64,000 nt of DNA, from the IMG/VR virus record IMGVR_UViG_3300021978_000001, positions 352,001 to 416,000 of that record; one strand, 5' to 3'. The stretch comes from a virus. Its lineage: Duplodnaviria; Caudoviricetes. Positions 28,821-38,978 of the stretch are shown piece after piece. Every line of letters begins with the position of its first letter. Within the stretch, counting starts at the first letter, position 1. The position numbers and the translations under genes were made by a program. Under the pieces are notes generated by a model, which had not been told where the DNA came from, made no database searches, and saw nothing but the letters and a program-made list of their open reading frames with translations.

Positions 28821-29552
28821 ATGAGCCTCGAAGACGAAATCCATGAGGTGCTTCGGCGCAGGAAGAGCCTCGCAGACTTTATCACCGCGAAGGTAGGGCA
28901 CCAGGAATGGGAAGCTCGGTTGTTGGGCATCTTCAATCGGCATGATCGCTATTCCACGTCTAGCAAAGCGACCAAGAGACGCGAGGAGTATGTGCGCACG
29001 CTCGCAGACGAGATCCGCCGCGTGACAGCGGACACGATCTCTTATGCGGAGGTGCGCTCAGTGTTGCAAGGGCACCCCCAGACGCGCACGGGCTTCAAGA
29101 CTGTGCTCTATCACTTGCGTGATCTGGACAAGAAGTACAAGCAGGGCTCGCATGATCCGCCTATCGAGGTCGTGTGGCATTGCATCACGCGGGAACTTTC
29201 GCGGTGGGAAGAGAAGGCGAGGTGGGTGGACATCGTGGTTCCTGACCCCCTGTTGAAGATAGGTCTCGGTGGTGTGCTGCGTACCAAGTACATGGCGGAG
29301 TGTTTCGAGGCGGGGAAGCTGCAACACTTCACACGGTTGGAGATCGAGCGTCCTGGCTTTCGACGCTTGCAACTCTACAAGAAGAGCATCCCGGAGCACC
29401 CCAACATCACTCGACTCGTGATCGAGGGGAAGCCTTCTCGATTAGACGCGGAGATGTACCTTCGGGATACCTTCCAGGAGATTTGCCCGAACGCAGAAGT
29501 GTCCTTCAAGAAGCCTTCCCTGTACAAGAGTTACACGAAGTGGAACCGCTAA
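28821..29552 (+). CDS. Hypothetical protein
   Basis: AAGGA RBS; 243 aa. Confidence 0.7.
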   Translation: MSLEDEIHEVLRRRKSLADFITAKVGHQEWEARLLGIFNRHDRYSTSSKATKRREEYVRTLADEIRRVTADTISYAEVRSVLQGHPQTRTGFKTVLYHLRDLDKKYKQGSHDPPIEVVWHCITRELSRWEEKARWVDIVVPDPLLKIGLGGVLRTKYMAECFEAGKLQHFTRLEIERPGFRRLQLYKKSIPEHPNITRLVIEGKPSRLDAEMYLRDTFQEICPNAEVSFKKPSLYKSYTKWNR

Positions 29553-29563
29553 GAGAGAGCCAC

Positions 29564-29800
29564 ATGACCTTGCCTGAACCTCTTACTCGTGACCATGTGA
29601 CGCTTTGCTTCGCGATAAGCGCGTGGAAGGTGTCAGATGCGACGTGCCGTGAGCGCTTGAGCGTGGAAGAGCAGGAGCATTTGAACACCCTGTACAGGCA
29701 TTGCTATGTACATGTCCGGGATGAGAACGTCGTGGTCTTGACGCACAAGGGAAAGGACCTCTTGTTGAAAGCCTCTGATATGATGTCTGCACATCGCTGA
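29564..29800 (+). CDS. Small hypothetical protein
   Basis: In-frame ATG at 29564 after GAGAG, 78 aa. Confidence 0.55.
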   Translation: MTLPEPLTRDHVTLCFAISAWKVSDATCRERLSVEEQEHLNTLYRHCYVHVRDENVVVLTHKGKDLLLKASDMMSAHR

Positions 29801-29823
29801 TAACCAGAACAAGAGAGGAAGAG

Positions 29824-30279
29824 ATGGGAACACGCGCAGATTTTTACGTGGGCAAGGGGAAGGACGCCGAATGGCTCGGGTCCATTGCCTATGATGGGTA
29901 CCCGGACGGGAACACCGCTGAACATGATGTGAACATCGCGAGCACCGAAGAGGAGTACCGTGAGCGCGTTCTCGCGATGATCGAAGCGCTGGATCACGGC
30001 ACCAAGCCCGAGCAAGGCTGGCCATGGCCCTGGGAGGATAGTTCGACCTCGGATTATGCTTACACCTGGTGTAGCGAGAACGAACGCGTCGAGGTCACGG
30101 ATTCAGCTTTCCCCTGGTGGCCCGCGCAGGATCTCCATGATCACGGGGGCGGGGAGTATGAATACGGCAAAGCCTACAAGGAAGGGTTGGTGGTCTTTCC
30201 CGACATGACCGAGCGCAAGAACGTGACATTGGGACGGCGGTCAGGAATGCTGGTCTTCGGCTTCCAACCCCCGGAGTAG
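29824..30279 (+). CDS. Phage hypothetical protein (MGTRADFY...DGYP type)
   Basis: GAGGA RBS; N-terminus recalled as common in phages, not verified. Confidence 0.7.
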   Translation: MGTRADFYVGKGKDAEWLGSIAYDGYPDGNTAEHDVNIASTEEEYRERVLAMIEALDHGTKPEQGWPWPWEDSSTSDYAYTWCSENERVEVTDSAFPWWPAQDLHDHGGGEYEYGKAYKEGLVVFPDMTERKNVTLGRRSGMLVFGFQPPE

Positions 30280-30522
30280 GCGCGGGTCGTGCTCGGTTTC
30301 CTGTTGCCAGGTCATACATGCGTCACGTAACGGTGCCCATGCAGGCAGCTTTTCCCGAACTACAAAAGAGGCGCGCAGGCATCCTATTTTGAGCCTCCAT
30401 TTTTCGGGCTGTTCGGATACGTCGAGCAAAATCTGATTCATGCGTGCCCAGTCTCGTGCTTGACCAGCGCGGTGAATCTGCCCGAACCAGTGCTCCATTT
30501 CCTCTCGGAACGAGTGCTCCAT
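30241..30522 (-). CDS. Hypothetical protein
   Basis: GAGG RBS on minus strand; convergent overlap. Confidence 0.55.
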   Translation of the reverse strand: MEHSFREEMEHWFGQIHRAGQARDWARMNQILLDVSEQPEKWRLKIGCLRASFVVREKLPAWAPLRDACMTWQQETEHDPRLLRGLEAEDQHS

Positions 30523-30627
30523 TTCAACCTCCTTCGTTTACAGGTAGAACGCTCTCCAATCAAAGAAGCCCCTGGGAATGACCCAGGGGCTTCTTTGATC
30601 CATCATATAGCAACACAACATATCACG

Positions 30628-31407
30628 TCAAGGGTTGGTCGGCACGTAGCAGATCCAGATGTCGTATGCATCTTCGAGGCGGTAGCAAGCGACGCCATCA
30701 CGCGCGAGGCCCTGTGCATCGAACGGAGGCATGGCGGTGATGATCGCGGGGCGTCCCCAACGCGTGTGCGTGGCATCGTAGCTTTTGATCACAGCACGGC
30801 TCAGGAGGGTGGTGTTGTTCCCGGACTTCAGGCGCTTCATGAAGTCACCATAGGTGGCATCGAAGTCCTGGAGGTAGCCCTTGGGGTTAGCTGGGAACCA
30901 GCTCTTTCCGCCCTTCTGCTTGCCTTCCTCGGGGAAGTCCCCCGCGAACTGATCACTCTGTTCTTTCCAGCGCTCAATCTTGTTGGGCTGCGCGACCATC
31001 AAGTCTTTCCAATCACGCACCAAGGGACGAGAGGCTTGCTTCTCGGTTCCTGCTTCAACGGCCCCCTCAGAAGCATCTTCAGAGACGAAGGCATACTTCT
31101 CGATCAGGGGCATGAGCACCGAACGGTGTTCAGGCTGCTCGAACGCGATGCGGATGAGTTGATCACGAATATCTTGTGCGGCTTTTCGGTATTTCATGTC
31201 GCTGTGGCTGTAGAAGCTGGGGTCATCGGTGGTCTTACCCTTGAGCGCTCCCTCATCGACAAGCTCATCGAAGGCTTCATACATCGCGAGGTCGTCGGGA
31301 TCACTCTTGTCCATGTACACGTCTTGCATGCTGAATTGCTTGCCACCAGGGGCAAACTTATCCATGATCAGGCTCTTGATGCGTTCGATGTCACGGCGCG
31401 TGGGCAT
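30628..31407 (-). CDS. Hypothetical, possibly head-internal protein
   Basis: Start at MPTRRD; carries IRDQLIRIAFEQPEHRSVLMPLI module. Confidence 0.65.
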   Translation of the reverse strand: MPTRRDIERIKSLIMDKFAPGGKQFSMQDVYMDKSDPDDLAMYEAFDELVDEGALKGKTTDDPSFYSHSDMKYRKAAQDIRDQLIRIAFEQPEHRSVLMPLIEKYAFVSEDASEGAVEAGTEKQASRPLVRDWKDLMVAQPNKIERWKEQSDQFAGDFPEEGKQKGGKSWFPANPKGYLQDFDATYGDFMKRLKSGNNTTLLSRAVIKSYDATHTRWGRPAIITAMPPFDAQGLARDGVACYRLEDAYDIWICYVPTNP

Positions 31408-31549
31408 GTTTGTCTCTCGAAGGGCGAGCAAGGAGGCTTGACGCCTTGCTTGTTCTGTGTTATCATCCAGAGTCTTGCATACAGCAGTCTCGGTGTGAAT
31501 CATCATGCTGTGATTACAAACACAATACCAACGTAAAGAGGACCCCTAC

Positions 31550-33841
31550 ATGGCGGACATGTCGGCTCAGATCCAGGACCTTTACCTCGAATACGCTGTC
31601 GCGGTCGTAACGGGACGCGCGCTTCCCGATGCTCGCGATGGCTTGAAACCCGTGCAACGTCGCATCCTTTATGCAATGGCCAGGGACCTCAAGCTCTCGC
31701 CAGGTGCCAAACATCGCAAGAGCGCGGCTATTGTGGGGCGCGTGCTCGGGGCGTATCACCCGCACGGCGATCAGTCAGTGTATGACGCCATGGTGCGCAT
31801 GGCACAGGACTTTTCGATGCGTTATCCGCTCGTGGACCCACAAGGTAACTTCGGGTCGATTGACGGGGATAACGCTGCATCGATGCGCTACACCGAAGCG
31901 CGCCTCGCGCCCATGGCAGAGCGTCTGCTCGGGGAACTAGGGCAAGACACCGTGGACCATGACGAGAACTACGATGCCACCACACAGGAGCCCGTGGTGC
32001 TGCCTGCGGAGATCCCCAACCTGCTCATGAATGGTGCCCAGGGGATCGCTGTGGGGATGGCTACCAATATCCCACCCCACAATGCTACCGAACTGCTCGA
32101 CGCGCTTATCGACCTGTGCAATCACCCAGAGCGCAGGGTATCGACGCTCATCAAGAATCACATCAACGGCCCTGATTTTCCATCGGGAGGTGTGATTGTC
32201 GAGGGTGAAGACGCGATCATCAAGGTCTATGAGGAGGGCACAGGCTCCCTGACGATGCGGGGTCAGTGGGAACTCGAAGACATGGGGCGTGGGCGCCAAC
32301 GTCTGGTCTTTACTGAACTGCCCTATCAGGTGAACAAGGCAGACCTCTTCGAGAAGTGCGCGCAAGCGGTGTATGATGGGGAGATTCCCCAGGTCTCCGA
32401 GGTGCGAGATGAATCGACCGATGACATTCGCCTCGTGTTTGACCTCAAGAAAGGGGAGGACGTCGAGGTCGTGCTCGCGTACCTGTTCAAGCACACGGCA
32501 TTGGAGACCAAGTTCCATTACAACTTGACCGCGCTCATTCCGCTCGCGGTGCACGAAGGGGAAGACCCGAGTGACCCGGACACCGAGTTGACGCTCGTGC
32601 CTTTGCAAAGCGACCTCGTGACGTTGCTCAAGGCGTTCCTTCAACATCGCGTGCGCACGGTCACGCGCCGCACGCGTCACGCGCTCAAGCTCTTGCAACG
32701 CCGCATTCATATCCTGGAGGGCTTCGAGGCCGCGTTCGCAGATGTGGACCGCCTCGTGGCGCTCGTGCGTCAAGCGTCCTCCAAATCAGATGCGCGAGAG
32801 AACGTCCAGGAAGCCTTTGGTCTCGACCATGATCAAGCTGAAGCGGTCGTGGCGATGGCCTTGCACCGTCTCGCGAGCACCGAGGTCGCTGATGTCCTCG
32901 CGGAACTCGCGGACAAGCGCGCGCAAGCAGAGAAGCTCAAGACCTTACTCGGAGATGCGACCAGCGTGCGAAGTCTCGTGCGCGAGGAGTTCATTCAGGT
33001 CAAGCAGACGCTCTCGGATGCGCGCAAGACACGTATCGAAGCGGCACCCGCGCGAAGCTACGAGTACGAAGAGGAAGCCTACATCCAATCGCAAGATGTG
33101 CATGTCATCTTGACACGTGAGGGTTGGGTGCGCGCGCAGAAGTCTTACTCGGACCTTTCGGCCTTGCGATGCAGGGACGGGGATGAGGTCGGTTGGGCGC
33201 TCGCATGCAACACTCGGGATGTCCTGGTTGTGTTCACTTCGCGAGGCAAAGCCTACAGCGTGCGCGTCGATGAGCTGGAGCTGACGACGGGGTATGGTTC
33301 CCCTGTGCAGACCTTCCTCTCTTTCGAGGATGGCGAACGCGTGGTCGCGGCGCATGTATGTTTGTACGAGCAAACACCGACCGAGGAGATGATCAGCGTG
33401 ACCAGTGATGGTCAGGTGGTTCGTTTCGCCCTGGAGGGGTATCATATCCCATCCAAGGTGACGGGACGTCTCTATCAGCGCATCAAGGCAGGGGCGCGCG
33501 TCCTCAACGTCGAGTGCTACCACCAGGGCCAGGAGGATCGCGTGGTGCTCGCGACGCGCGATGGTAAGGGGATCAGCTTTGACCCGGAAGAGTGCCGGGT
33601 CTTTTCGGGCGCGGGGTATGGCTTGACCGCCATCAACCTCGGGAAAAAGGATGAGGTCCTGGCTTACATGCTGCTCGGTCCTTCGCGCGATGATAACATG
33701 TACCTGGAGACCAACCGAGGCGCAGAACGCATGCTTACCCACCAGACGTACAAGTCACAGCGTCGCGGGGGCAAGGGCTTCACCATCATCAAGCGAGGTC
33801 ACCTCGTGGTCTGGAGACGTCCTGTGGTGCAACAGCTCTAA
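31550..33841 (+). CDS. Type IIA topoisomerase subunit A (GyrA/ParC family)
   Basis: [26 protein letters not shown], catalytic [30 protein letters not shown]-terminal pinwheel repeats; gyrA versus parC not resolvable by eye. Confidence 0.93.
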   Translation: MADMSAQIQDLYLEYAVAVVTGRALPDARDGLKPVQRRILYAMARDLKLSPGAKHRKSAAIVGRVLGAYHPHGDQSVYDAMVRMAQDFSMRYPLVDPQGNFGSIDGDNAASMRYTEARLAPMAERLLGELGQDTVDHDENYDATTQEPVVLPAEIPNLLMNGAQGIAVGMATNIPPHNATELLDALIDLCNHPERRVSTLIKNHINGPDFPSGGVIVEGEDAIIKVYEEGTGSLTMRGQWELEDMGRGRQRLVFTELPYQVNKADLFEKCAQAVYDGEIPQVSEVRDESTDDIRLVFDLKKGEDVEVVLAYLFKHTALETKFHYNLTALIPLAVHEGEDPSDPDTELTLVPLQSDLVTLLKAFLQHRVRTVTRRTRHALKLLQRRIHILEGFEAAFADVDRLVALVRQASSKSDARENVQEAFGLDHDQAEAVVAMALHRLASTEVADVLAELADKRAQAEKLKTLLGDATSVRSLVREEFIQVKQTLSDARKTRIEAAPARSYEYEEEAYIQSQDVHVILTREGWVRAQKSYSDLSALRCRDGDEVGWALACNTRDVLVVFTSRGKAYSVRVDELELTTGYGSPVQTFLSFEDGERVVAAHVCLYEQTPTEEMISVTSDGQVVRFALEGYHIPSKVTGRLYQRIKAGARVLNVECYHQGQEDRVVLATRDGKGISFDPEECRVFSGAGYGLTAINLGKKDEVLAYMLLGPSRDDNMYLETNRGAERMLTHQTYKSQRRGGKGFTIIKRGHLVVWRRPVVQQL

Positions 33842-33900
33842 CTTCTATATACCAACAAAGATATAAATCATAAAAAGGGGCCTTTTCTTTCGGCGCAGGC

Positions 33901-33929
33901 TTTACGCTCCTGCTATCTTGTGGTAAATA
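33901..33929 (+). promoter_or_regulatory. Promoter-like TTTACG-N17-TAAATA
   Basis: AT-rich gap after topoisomerase; TGTGG before -10. Confidence 0.5.
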
Positions 33930-33936
33930 TTCTAAC

Positions 33937-34887
33937 GTGACGACATCGAAGCAATGCTCTATCATGAAAGAAGAGGAGGTCTGTATGAAGGTCGAGACGA
34001 CACCCTGGTTATTATCCAGTCACTTGCACACCAAGATCGGTGTCCCTACGGGTTCGATGCATGCCCTCGAAAGAGATAAGAAGCTCTGGAGAGGGTGGCT
34101 CATTCAACGGCGCCCTGCGTCCGCGCTCGAACGGACGTACATCACGCAGGATTGGCTCTGGCGTGGTGTGAGGCTCGGGGAGTACCAGGAGGCGACAGGT
34201 ATCACCGTTATCGAGGTGCCTCTCGCGTGGTTCGGGGAACTTTCCAGGCTTCGGCAAGGCAAGTGCGATCTCAAGGTTGTGAGAGAACTCGAAGACGACC
34301 TTGACACCTTGCGGACAGACAAGGGTATGATCCGTTCTCTGGAGTATGAACGAGCCACAGCGCTCACCCAGATTCAACGTGCTGTGCAAGCGATCTGGTC
34401 ACACCCGAGAGCCAAGGATATGCCGCTCGGGTCCACGGATGAGTTGCTCAATCTCTTTCGTGACGTGACCCTGATACCGATGCTCGAAGACACGTCGGAA
34501 GCGGTGACCGAGGAGATCCTTGTACCTGCAAAGAAAGGCGTGTGCGCGAGCATGGCCCGAGCCCTGATCGTGGGAGGAGACCCGAGAGCCCATGTCGAGC
34601 GCAAGGTCAAGAAAGAGCTGGGGTTCGATGATGTGGAGTGGTGGGCCACGAATGAGAGGACCAACCTGAGTGTGCACAGCGGGAAGATCAGTCAGGTGGC
34701 CCACGGGCAGTATGACATCGTGTTTTGCTTGCTTCGTTTTTGCAGACATCGTATGTTCTATGCCTTCAGGGACGCATGCAAGGCTTCGGGCACGCCTTAT
34801 GGGGTCTTGCAGCGGGGCTACGGGATCAGTCAGTTCGAGCAAGCTGCTCGTGATGCCCTGGGCAAAGACGTTTATGTGCACGGGTAA
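33937..34887 (+). CDS. Hypothetical protein with C-terminal DUF2325-like Rossmannoid domain
   Basis: ALIVGGD...YDIVFCLLRFCRH...ACKASGTPY; true start may be MKVET (GAGG RBS). Confidence 0.55.
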   Translation: MTTSKQCSIMKEEEVCMKVETTPWLLSSHLHTKIGVPTGSMHALERDKKLWRGWLIQRRPASALERTYITQDWLWRGVRLGEYQEATGITVIEVPLAWFGELSRLRQGKCDLKVVRELEDDLDTLRTDKGMIRSLEYERATALTQIQRAVQAIWSHPRAKDMPLGSTDELLNLFRDVTLIPMLEDTSEAVTEEILVPAKKGVCASMARALIVGGDPRAHVERKVKKELGFDDVEWWATNERTNLSVHSGKISQVAHGQYDIVFCLLRFCRHRMFYAFRDACKASGTPYGVLQRGYGISQFEQAARDALGKDVYVHG

Positions 34888-34934
34888 CAAACCTCTTCGA
34901 GCTGTAGAACAAAAGCTGTAGAAAGACAGGAGCA

Positions 34935-35165
34935 GTGATGATCAGTCCTTATCAGGTAGCTCACCCTCACTACCGCCTCGTGGAAGCCACCATTGATGGT
35001 TTCTTGCGCGCGCATGAATGGTCCCAACATCGGGGGTGTATCATTCACGTTCAGCGTGCATGGCACCCTGATGTGCTGGAGAACCTGCTCGCGAACTACC
35101 GTCGCACGGGGTGGTTTATCTACTACTATACCGCAGAAGAGATCGAGGCGAAGTCTCTCCAATGA
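34935..35165 (+). CDS. Small hypothetical protein
   Basis: AGGAG RBS. Confidence 0.65.
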   Translation: MMISPYQVAHPHYRLVEATIDGFLRAHEWSQHRGCIIHVQRAWHPDVLENLLANYRRTGWFIYYYTAEEIEAKSLQ

Positions 35166-35313
35166 AATGGAGAGCTTCACAGAGCTTTATGGGGAGCTGC
35201 CGGAGACCTACGATACGATGTATGGGTTTGTGCTCGACGCTTCCCTGGTGTCGTAATCTCTTCTCACATTGGCCAAACACCCAGGCAACACACCAAGGTC
35301 ACACGAGGTTCCT

Positions 35314-35772
35314 ATGTTTCTCGACACCCAGGCTCCGACCACACTCGAAGAGATCACCACCTACCACGAGCTATGTGCTTACCTCGCGCTCATGTCCACC
35401 CACACCGCGCGTAATGCAGGGGTGCTGCATCATAGCGGAGATGAGTGGCACGCGCGCGCCCCTGGGGTCTTGTTATCCGAGGCAGGAAACGCGGGATGTA
35501 CCTTGCTGGTTGCCAACCTCAAGACGTGCTTCGCGCTCTCCCGGGCTTTCCCGCAGATGATCGAGGTCGAGCACGCTGATCTGGAGCACGGGTACCGCGC
35601 TAAGGTGCACGGTTTGCCTGCGCTGTTTCACGGGCAGTTCCCCGAAGATGTCATGCTCCTGCTCGCGAGCAGGGGAGAGGGGAAGCTCGCGCGTGGTTCG
35701 TTCTGCACGAACACCATGCGTTGCATCGAGGAAAGCTATCTCTTCGATGCGTTGATGCAGCCTTCTACTTGA
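35314..35772 (+). CDS. Hypothetical protein
   Basis: GAGG RBS before ATG 35314. Confidence 0.6.
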   Translation: MFLDTQAPTTLEEITTYHELCAYLALMSTHTARNAGVLHHSGDEWHARAPGVLLSEAGNAGCTLLVANLKTCFALSRAFPQMIEVEHADLEHGYRAKVHGLPALFHGQFPEDVMLLLASRGEGKLARGSFCTNTMRCIEESYLFDALMQPST

Positions 35773-35810
35773 GGGCAGGTGGTGGGACCTTGTGGAGCCT
35801 CGAAAAGTGC

Positions 35811-35839
35811 TTTACAGGTTTTAGGTCTTGCGGTAAGAT
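35811..35839 (+). promoter_or_regulatory. Promoter TTTACA-N17-TAAGAT
   Basis: Intergenic, 17 bp spacing, GG before -10. Confidence 0.65.
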
Positions 35840-35901
35840 GCGTTGTGGTAACAAGGAAAGGACACATCTAACACAGACACGAAACCAGAGAGGAGCATGC
35901 C

Positions 35902-36207
35902 ATGTTGCTGAATAAATACTACCTGAGCTTGCCGCTCGGAACGAACGGTGAGTGGGTAGCCGCGAGCACCCCGGAAGAGGCGATTCGCCAGCTCTTGCCC
36001 GAGGAAGACATCAAGGTTGTGGACACGGCGCGCGCCAAACCGCAACAGAAGAGCCCTCGTTGGGTGGTTTACGAAGTCGGTCGTGACCTCGCCCCGTGCT
36101 GGCCACGGGAGAACATCGACAACATGCCCGGTTCTGGGGGTCGTCGCGTGGACGTGGAGTATCGCGGTCAAATCCATGTCGCGTACAACGGAGACAAGAA
36201 CACATGA
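35902..36207 (+). CDS. Hypothetical protein, family B-like (MLLNKY)
   Basis: GAGGAG RBS. Confidence 0.7.
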   Translation: MLLNKYYLSLPLGTNGEWVAASTPEEAIRQLLPEEDIKVVDTARAKPQQKSPRWVVYEVGRDLAPCWPRENIDNMPGSGGRRVDVEYRGQIHVAYNGDKNT

Positions 36208-36716
36208 AAGAGATCTCATCTTATGCCCTCACGTGGCTCCGCAGTGAGCCGGTGATTGACCTCGACGCAGACGGCGCTGTGAGCGTTGCAGAGCTGCTCG
36301 AAGCGTTCGAGCAGTACACACCCCTGGAGTTGGACCTCGACGTCCTCATGAAGGCGCTCAAGCGTTCTTCTGCGGTCGAGCTTCTCGATGGGCAGCAGCG
36401 TGTACGCGCTCGCTCGGGACATCTCCAGGACGTGGTGGTTTACCCACGCGCTGCACCTCCTCATCCTTTGTACATGGCTTGTACGCGAAGCCAGTGGGCT
36501 TACCTTCAGGATCAGGGGATCGAGGAAGGTCCCGGATACTTCGAGGTGTATGAAAGCAGTGAGGACGCGCTCAAGGCCAAGCGTGCCAAGGGCGCGCATG
36601 TCTTCCGCCTCGACGCACATGAGGGAGATCCCGAGTGCTTTTTCTTCGCAGGGCGCTGGTACATCACGTCATGCACGCCGGATGCGATGGTGCATTTGGG
36701 TTTCATGACCCGATAA
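36204..36716 (+). CDS. Degenerate RNA 2'-phosphotransferase (Tpt1/KptA)-like protein
   Basis: WLRSEP...LDADGAVSVAELL...RVRARSGH...PPHPLY matches KptA N-lobe pattern LRH..P..LD..GW...IRA.QGH...P..LYHGT with catalytic substitutions. Confidence 0.55.
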   Translation: MKEISSYALTWLRSEPVIDLDADGAVSVAELLEAFEQYTPLELDLDVLMKALKRSSAVELLDGQQRVRARSGHLQDVVVYPRAAPPHPLYMACTRSQWAYLQDQGIEEGPGYFEVYESSEDALKAKRAKGAHVFRLDAHEGDPECFFFAGRWYITSCTPDAMVHLGFMTR

Positions 36717-36770
36717 AGTCTTGTTGGCCCCTGTCCTATAGACACTCTCTCGCGTCGAGAGATACCCTGT

Positions 36771-37136
36771 ATGGATGAGGCTGACGTGAACTTCCGCATT
36801 TATGTGTATGAGTTTGAATGCAACGTGTGTGGGCATAACTGGCGCTCACACTCTACCGACGCTGATCACGAATGCGATTGCGTGCATTGTGATGGCAGCG
36901 AGGACGTGGACCGTGATCTTGTCGAGGTGGTAACCGATGAACGGGCTGCCCTGGCGTTGGTGGACGAGGAAGAGGCTTCGGCGTTGCCTGAAACCTGGGA
37001 GGAATCCTGGACAGGCATCTCGGAGCCTTTTTATCGTGGTCCACGTTTCGAGGATGACGAGAATCCCGAGGACATCCTCGCGAGACAACGTGACCCGAGA
37101 CCCAATCCCGATGAATGGGAAGATGAGGAGTGGTGA
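36771..37136 (+). CDS. Zinc-ribbon protein with acidic tail
   Basis: YEFECNVCGHNW...CDCVHC. Confidence 0.6.
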   Translation: MDEADVNFRIYVYEFECNVCGHNWRSHSTDADHECDCVHCDGSEDVDRDLVEVVTDERAALALVDEEEASALPETWEESWTGISEPFYRGPRFEDDENPEDILARQRDPRPNPDEWEDEEW

Positions 37137-37390
37137 TGCGAGCTGAAATCGAAGACGCTTTTCTGGAGTGGCAATGTGGCATCTCCCCCGACAACCTTCA
37201 AGACTGGGTGGAGTTTGATTCTTACGATGAGAGCCTCATGTGTGTCTTTGTATGGCGTCACCAGGACTTCGATCGAATCTTGATTGCAGCTTTGGAGAAT
37301 TTCCTGCAAAATGAAGTACACCCGGACCTTCGGGTTTCGACCCTCATGTGGAGGGAAGCGAAGAGGCAGCAGGGAGAAGACTCGGCATGA
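37130..37390 (+). CDS. Small hypothetical protein
   Basis: GAGGAG RBS, overlap with previous stop. Confidence 0.6.
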   Translation: MVMRAEIEDAFLEWQCGISPDNLQDWVEFDSYDESLMCVFVWRHQDFDRILIAALENFLQNEVHPDLRVSTLMWREAKRQQGEDSA

Positions 37391-37417
37391 GATTTCTCGG
37401 GTCACTGGTGCTTTCTT

Positions 37418-37446
37418 TTTACACCTCAACGAGGTTATGGTATATA
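37418..37446 (+). promoter_or_regulatory. Promoter TTTACA-N17-TATATA
   Basis: Intergenic, GG before -10. Confidence 0.65.
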
Positions 37447-37520
37447 GGTTATGTAGAACGCCGCTCGGGGTCCCGAACCCGTAGTAACCCGTCTCACCCC
37501 GTCAAGGAACAGGAGACATC

Positions 37521-37709
37521 ATGTTGGACAAGCTCCCGCCCGATCATATCATCGAAGAATGGCTCAAGCGCGAGAAGCAAGAGCGCGAGAGACCACGAAT
37601 TGATCTACCTCTCTATCCTCCGCAGGCGCCACCTACGGAGCGAGCATCGGAGAGCCCTGTTGACCCAGATGCGCCACAGCGGGGAGTAGATACGTTTCAG
37701 ATGTGGTAG
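37521..37709 (+). CDS. Small hypothetical protein
   Basis: AGGAG RBS, 62 aa. Confidence 0.6.
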   Translation: MLDKLPPDHIIEEWLKREKQERERPRIDLPLYPPQAPPTERASESPVDPDAPQRGVDTFQMW

Positions 37710-37739
37710 CGTCCTCCTCCCCCATTATGGAAGTTGAAT

Positions 37740-38279
37740 ATGCAAGCACAGAGACAGACACGATTCTCGACCCCCTGGACCTTGCAGCTACGATCGCTGC
37801 TCGATCATATCCAGGATGGGTTCATTCAGATGCCGGAGCACGAGGTCCCCACGGCTCCACCCCCCGGCTTCGATCAATACGTGCGTCTGATCCTCCAGGG
37901 TTCCTTTGCGGGGACCTTCCATGTCGAAAATCTCTTCGAGGACGATAACGTGGTGAATCGGTTGGTCGATTACAAGCTCAACCACCTCCAGGCATTGATT
38001 CACGCTCTCGATGACACCATGCCTTACGAGCTTGATCTACGTGAGTACAACGCGACGATCGCAGCGTACCCGGAAGACCAACCGACCACGGTACTCTTGA
38101 GCGTCTTTAGCAATCGTTCGTTGATCTTCGAGGCGGGACGTGAGATGGGGGAGCAAGTCCAATTCGTGTTGGAAGCGTATCTGGACAGGTTCTATGAGGC
38201 GACGGTGACACGCGTGGATTGGTGTGAGGACCCTTCGCCTTACCTGGATATGACGCAGCGCGAAGGGCTCCCGTTCTGA
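37740..38279 (+). CDS. Hypothetical protein
   Basis: ORF 37734..38279. Confidence 0.65.
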   Translation: MQAQRQTRFSTPWTLQLRSLLDHIQDGFIQMPEHEVPTAPPPGFDQYVRLILQGSFAGTFHVENLFEDDNVVNRLVDYKLNHLQALIHALDDTMPYELDLREYNATIAAYPEDQPTTVLLSVFSNRSLIFEAGREMGEQVQFVLEAYLDRFYEATVTRVDWCEDPSPYLDMTQREGLPF

Positions 38280-38282
38280 GCG

Positions 38283-38978
38283 TTACAGGAGAGCTACCTG
38301 ACCATCGACCAGCTCGGACAGGATGTTGTGACCGACCTCGAAGACCTCTTCGGGGTTTTTTTCTGTCGTGTCGATGGTCCAAAAGTTGAACTTCACGTCA
38401 GGGTAGTAGGAGGGCAAGGTCGAGACCAGATCACCCCGGATGATCTCGTAGCGTGTCTGGAGGCGCCGAAGATGAGAGACCCGGCGAAACTTGGTCATGG
38501 CTTCGACCTCATCCGGGCGCGTCCCCTGTTGCATCTCGGCTGCCAGACGCGCTTCCACGCGGTCACTCGCCTTGTTGGGGTCGCAAGTAAGCTGGACAAT
38601 AGAGCATTCCATACGCGTGCTCTTGACCGTACCGAGGCGCGTGATCCCGAAGAACGCTTCTGCCCCGAGCTTGTAAATAGCGTCGTAGCGCATCGCGTCC
38701 TTGAGGCACCCCTTGCCAAAACCCTGGTATGCCAGGGTGGTGATGAAGGAACGGTCAAAGATCAACACGCCCGGGTGACCGAGGCGTTGAGACACCTCGC
38801 GCTGGAAGTCTTGCAGGTGGTAGAGCGAGCGCGCGGTGAGGTCTGCCTTCTGCTCGCCTTGAGGGAGCCTTGTGGGGAAGTTGTGCGACTTGATGTCGGG
38901 TTGCTTTTGTGTGAGGTGCTTGACCAGCGTGCTTTTGCCGGTGCCGTCGATCCCGTCGATAATCATCATCTTGATCAT
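38283..38978 (-). CDS. tmk: Thymidylate (dNMP) kinase-like P-loop protein
   Basis: IIDGIDGTGKST P-loop; LIFDRSFITTLAYQG. Confidence 0.8.
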   Translation of the reverse strand: MIKMMIIDGIDGTGKSTLVKHLTQKQPDIKSHNFPTRLPQGEQKADLTARSLYHLQDFQREVSQRLGHPGVLIFDRSFITTLAYQGFGKGCLKDAMRYDAIYKLGAEAFFGITRLGTVKSTRMECSIVQLTCDPNKASDRVEARLAAEMQQGTRPDEVEAMTKFRRVSHLRRLQTRYEIIRGDLVSTLPSYYPDVKFNFWTIDTTEKNPEEVFEVGHNILSELVDGQVALL

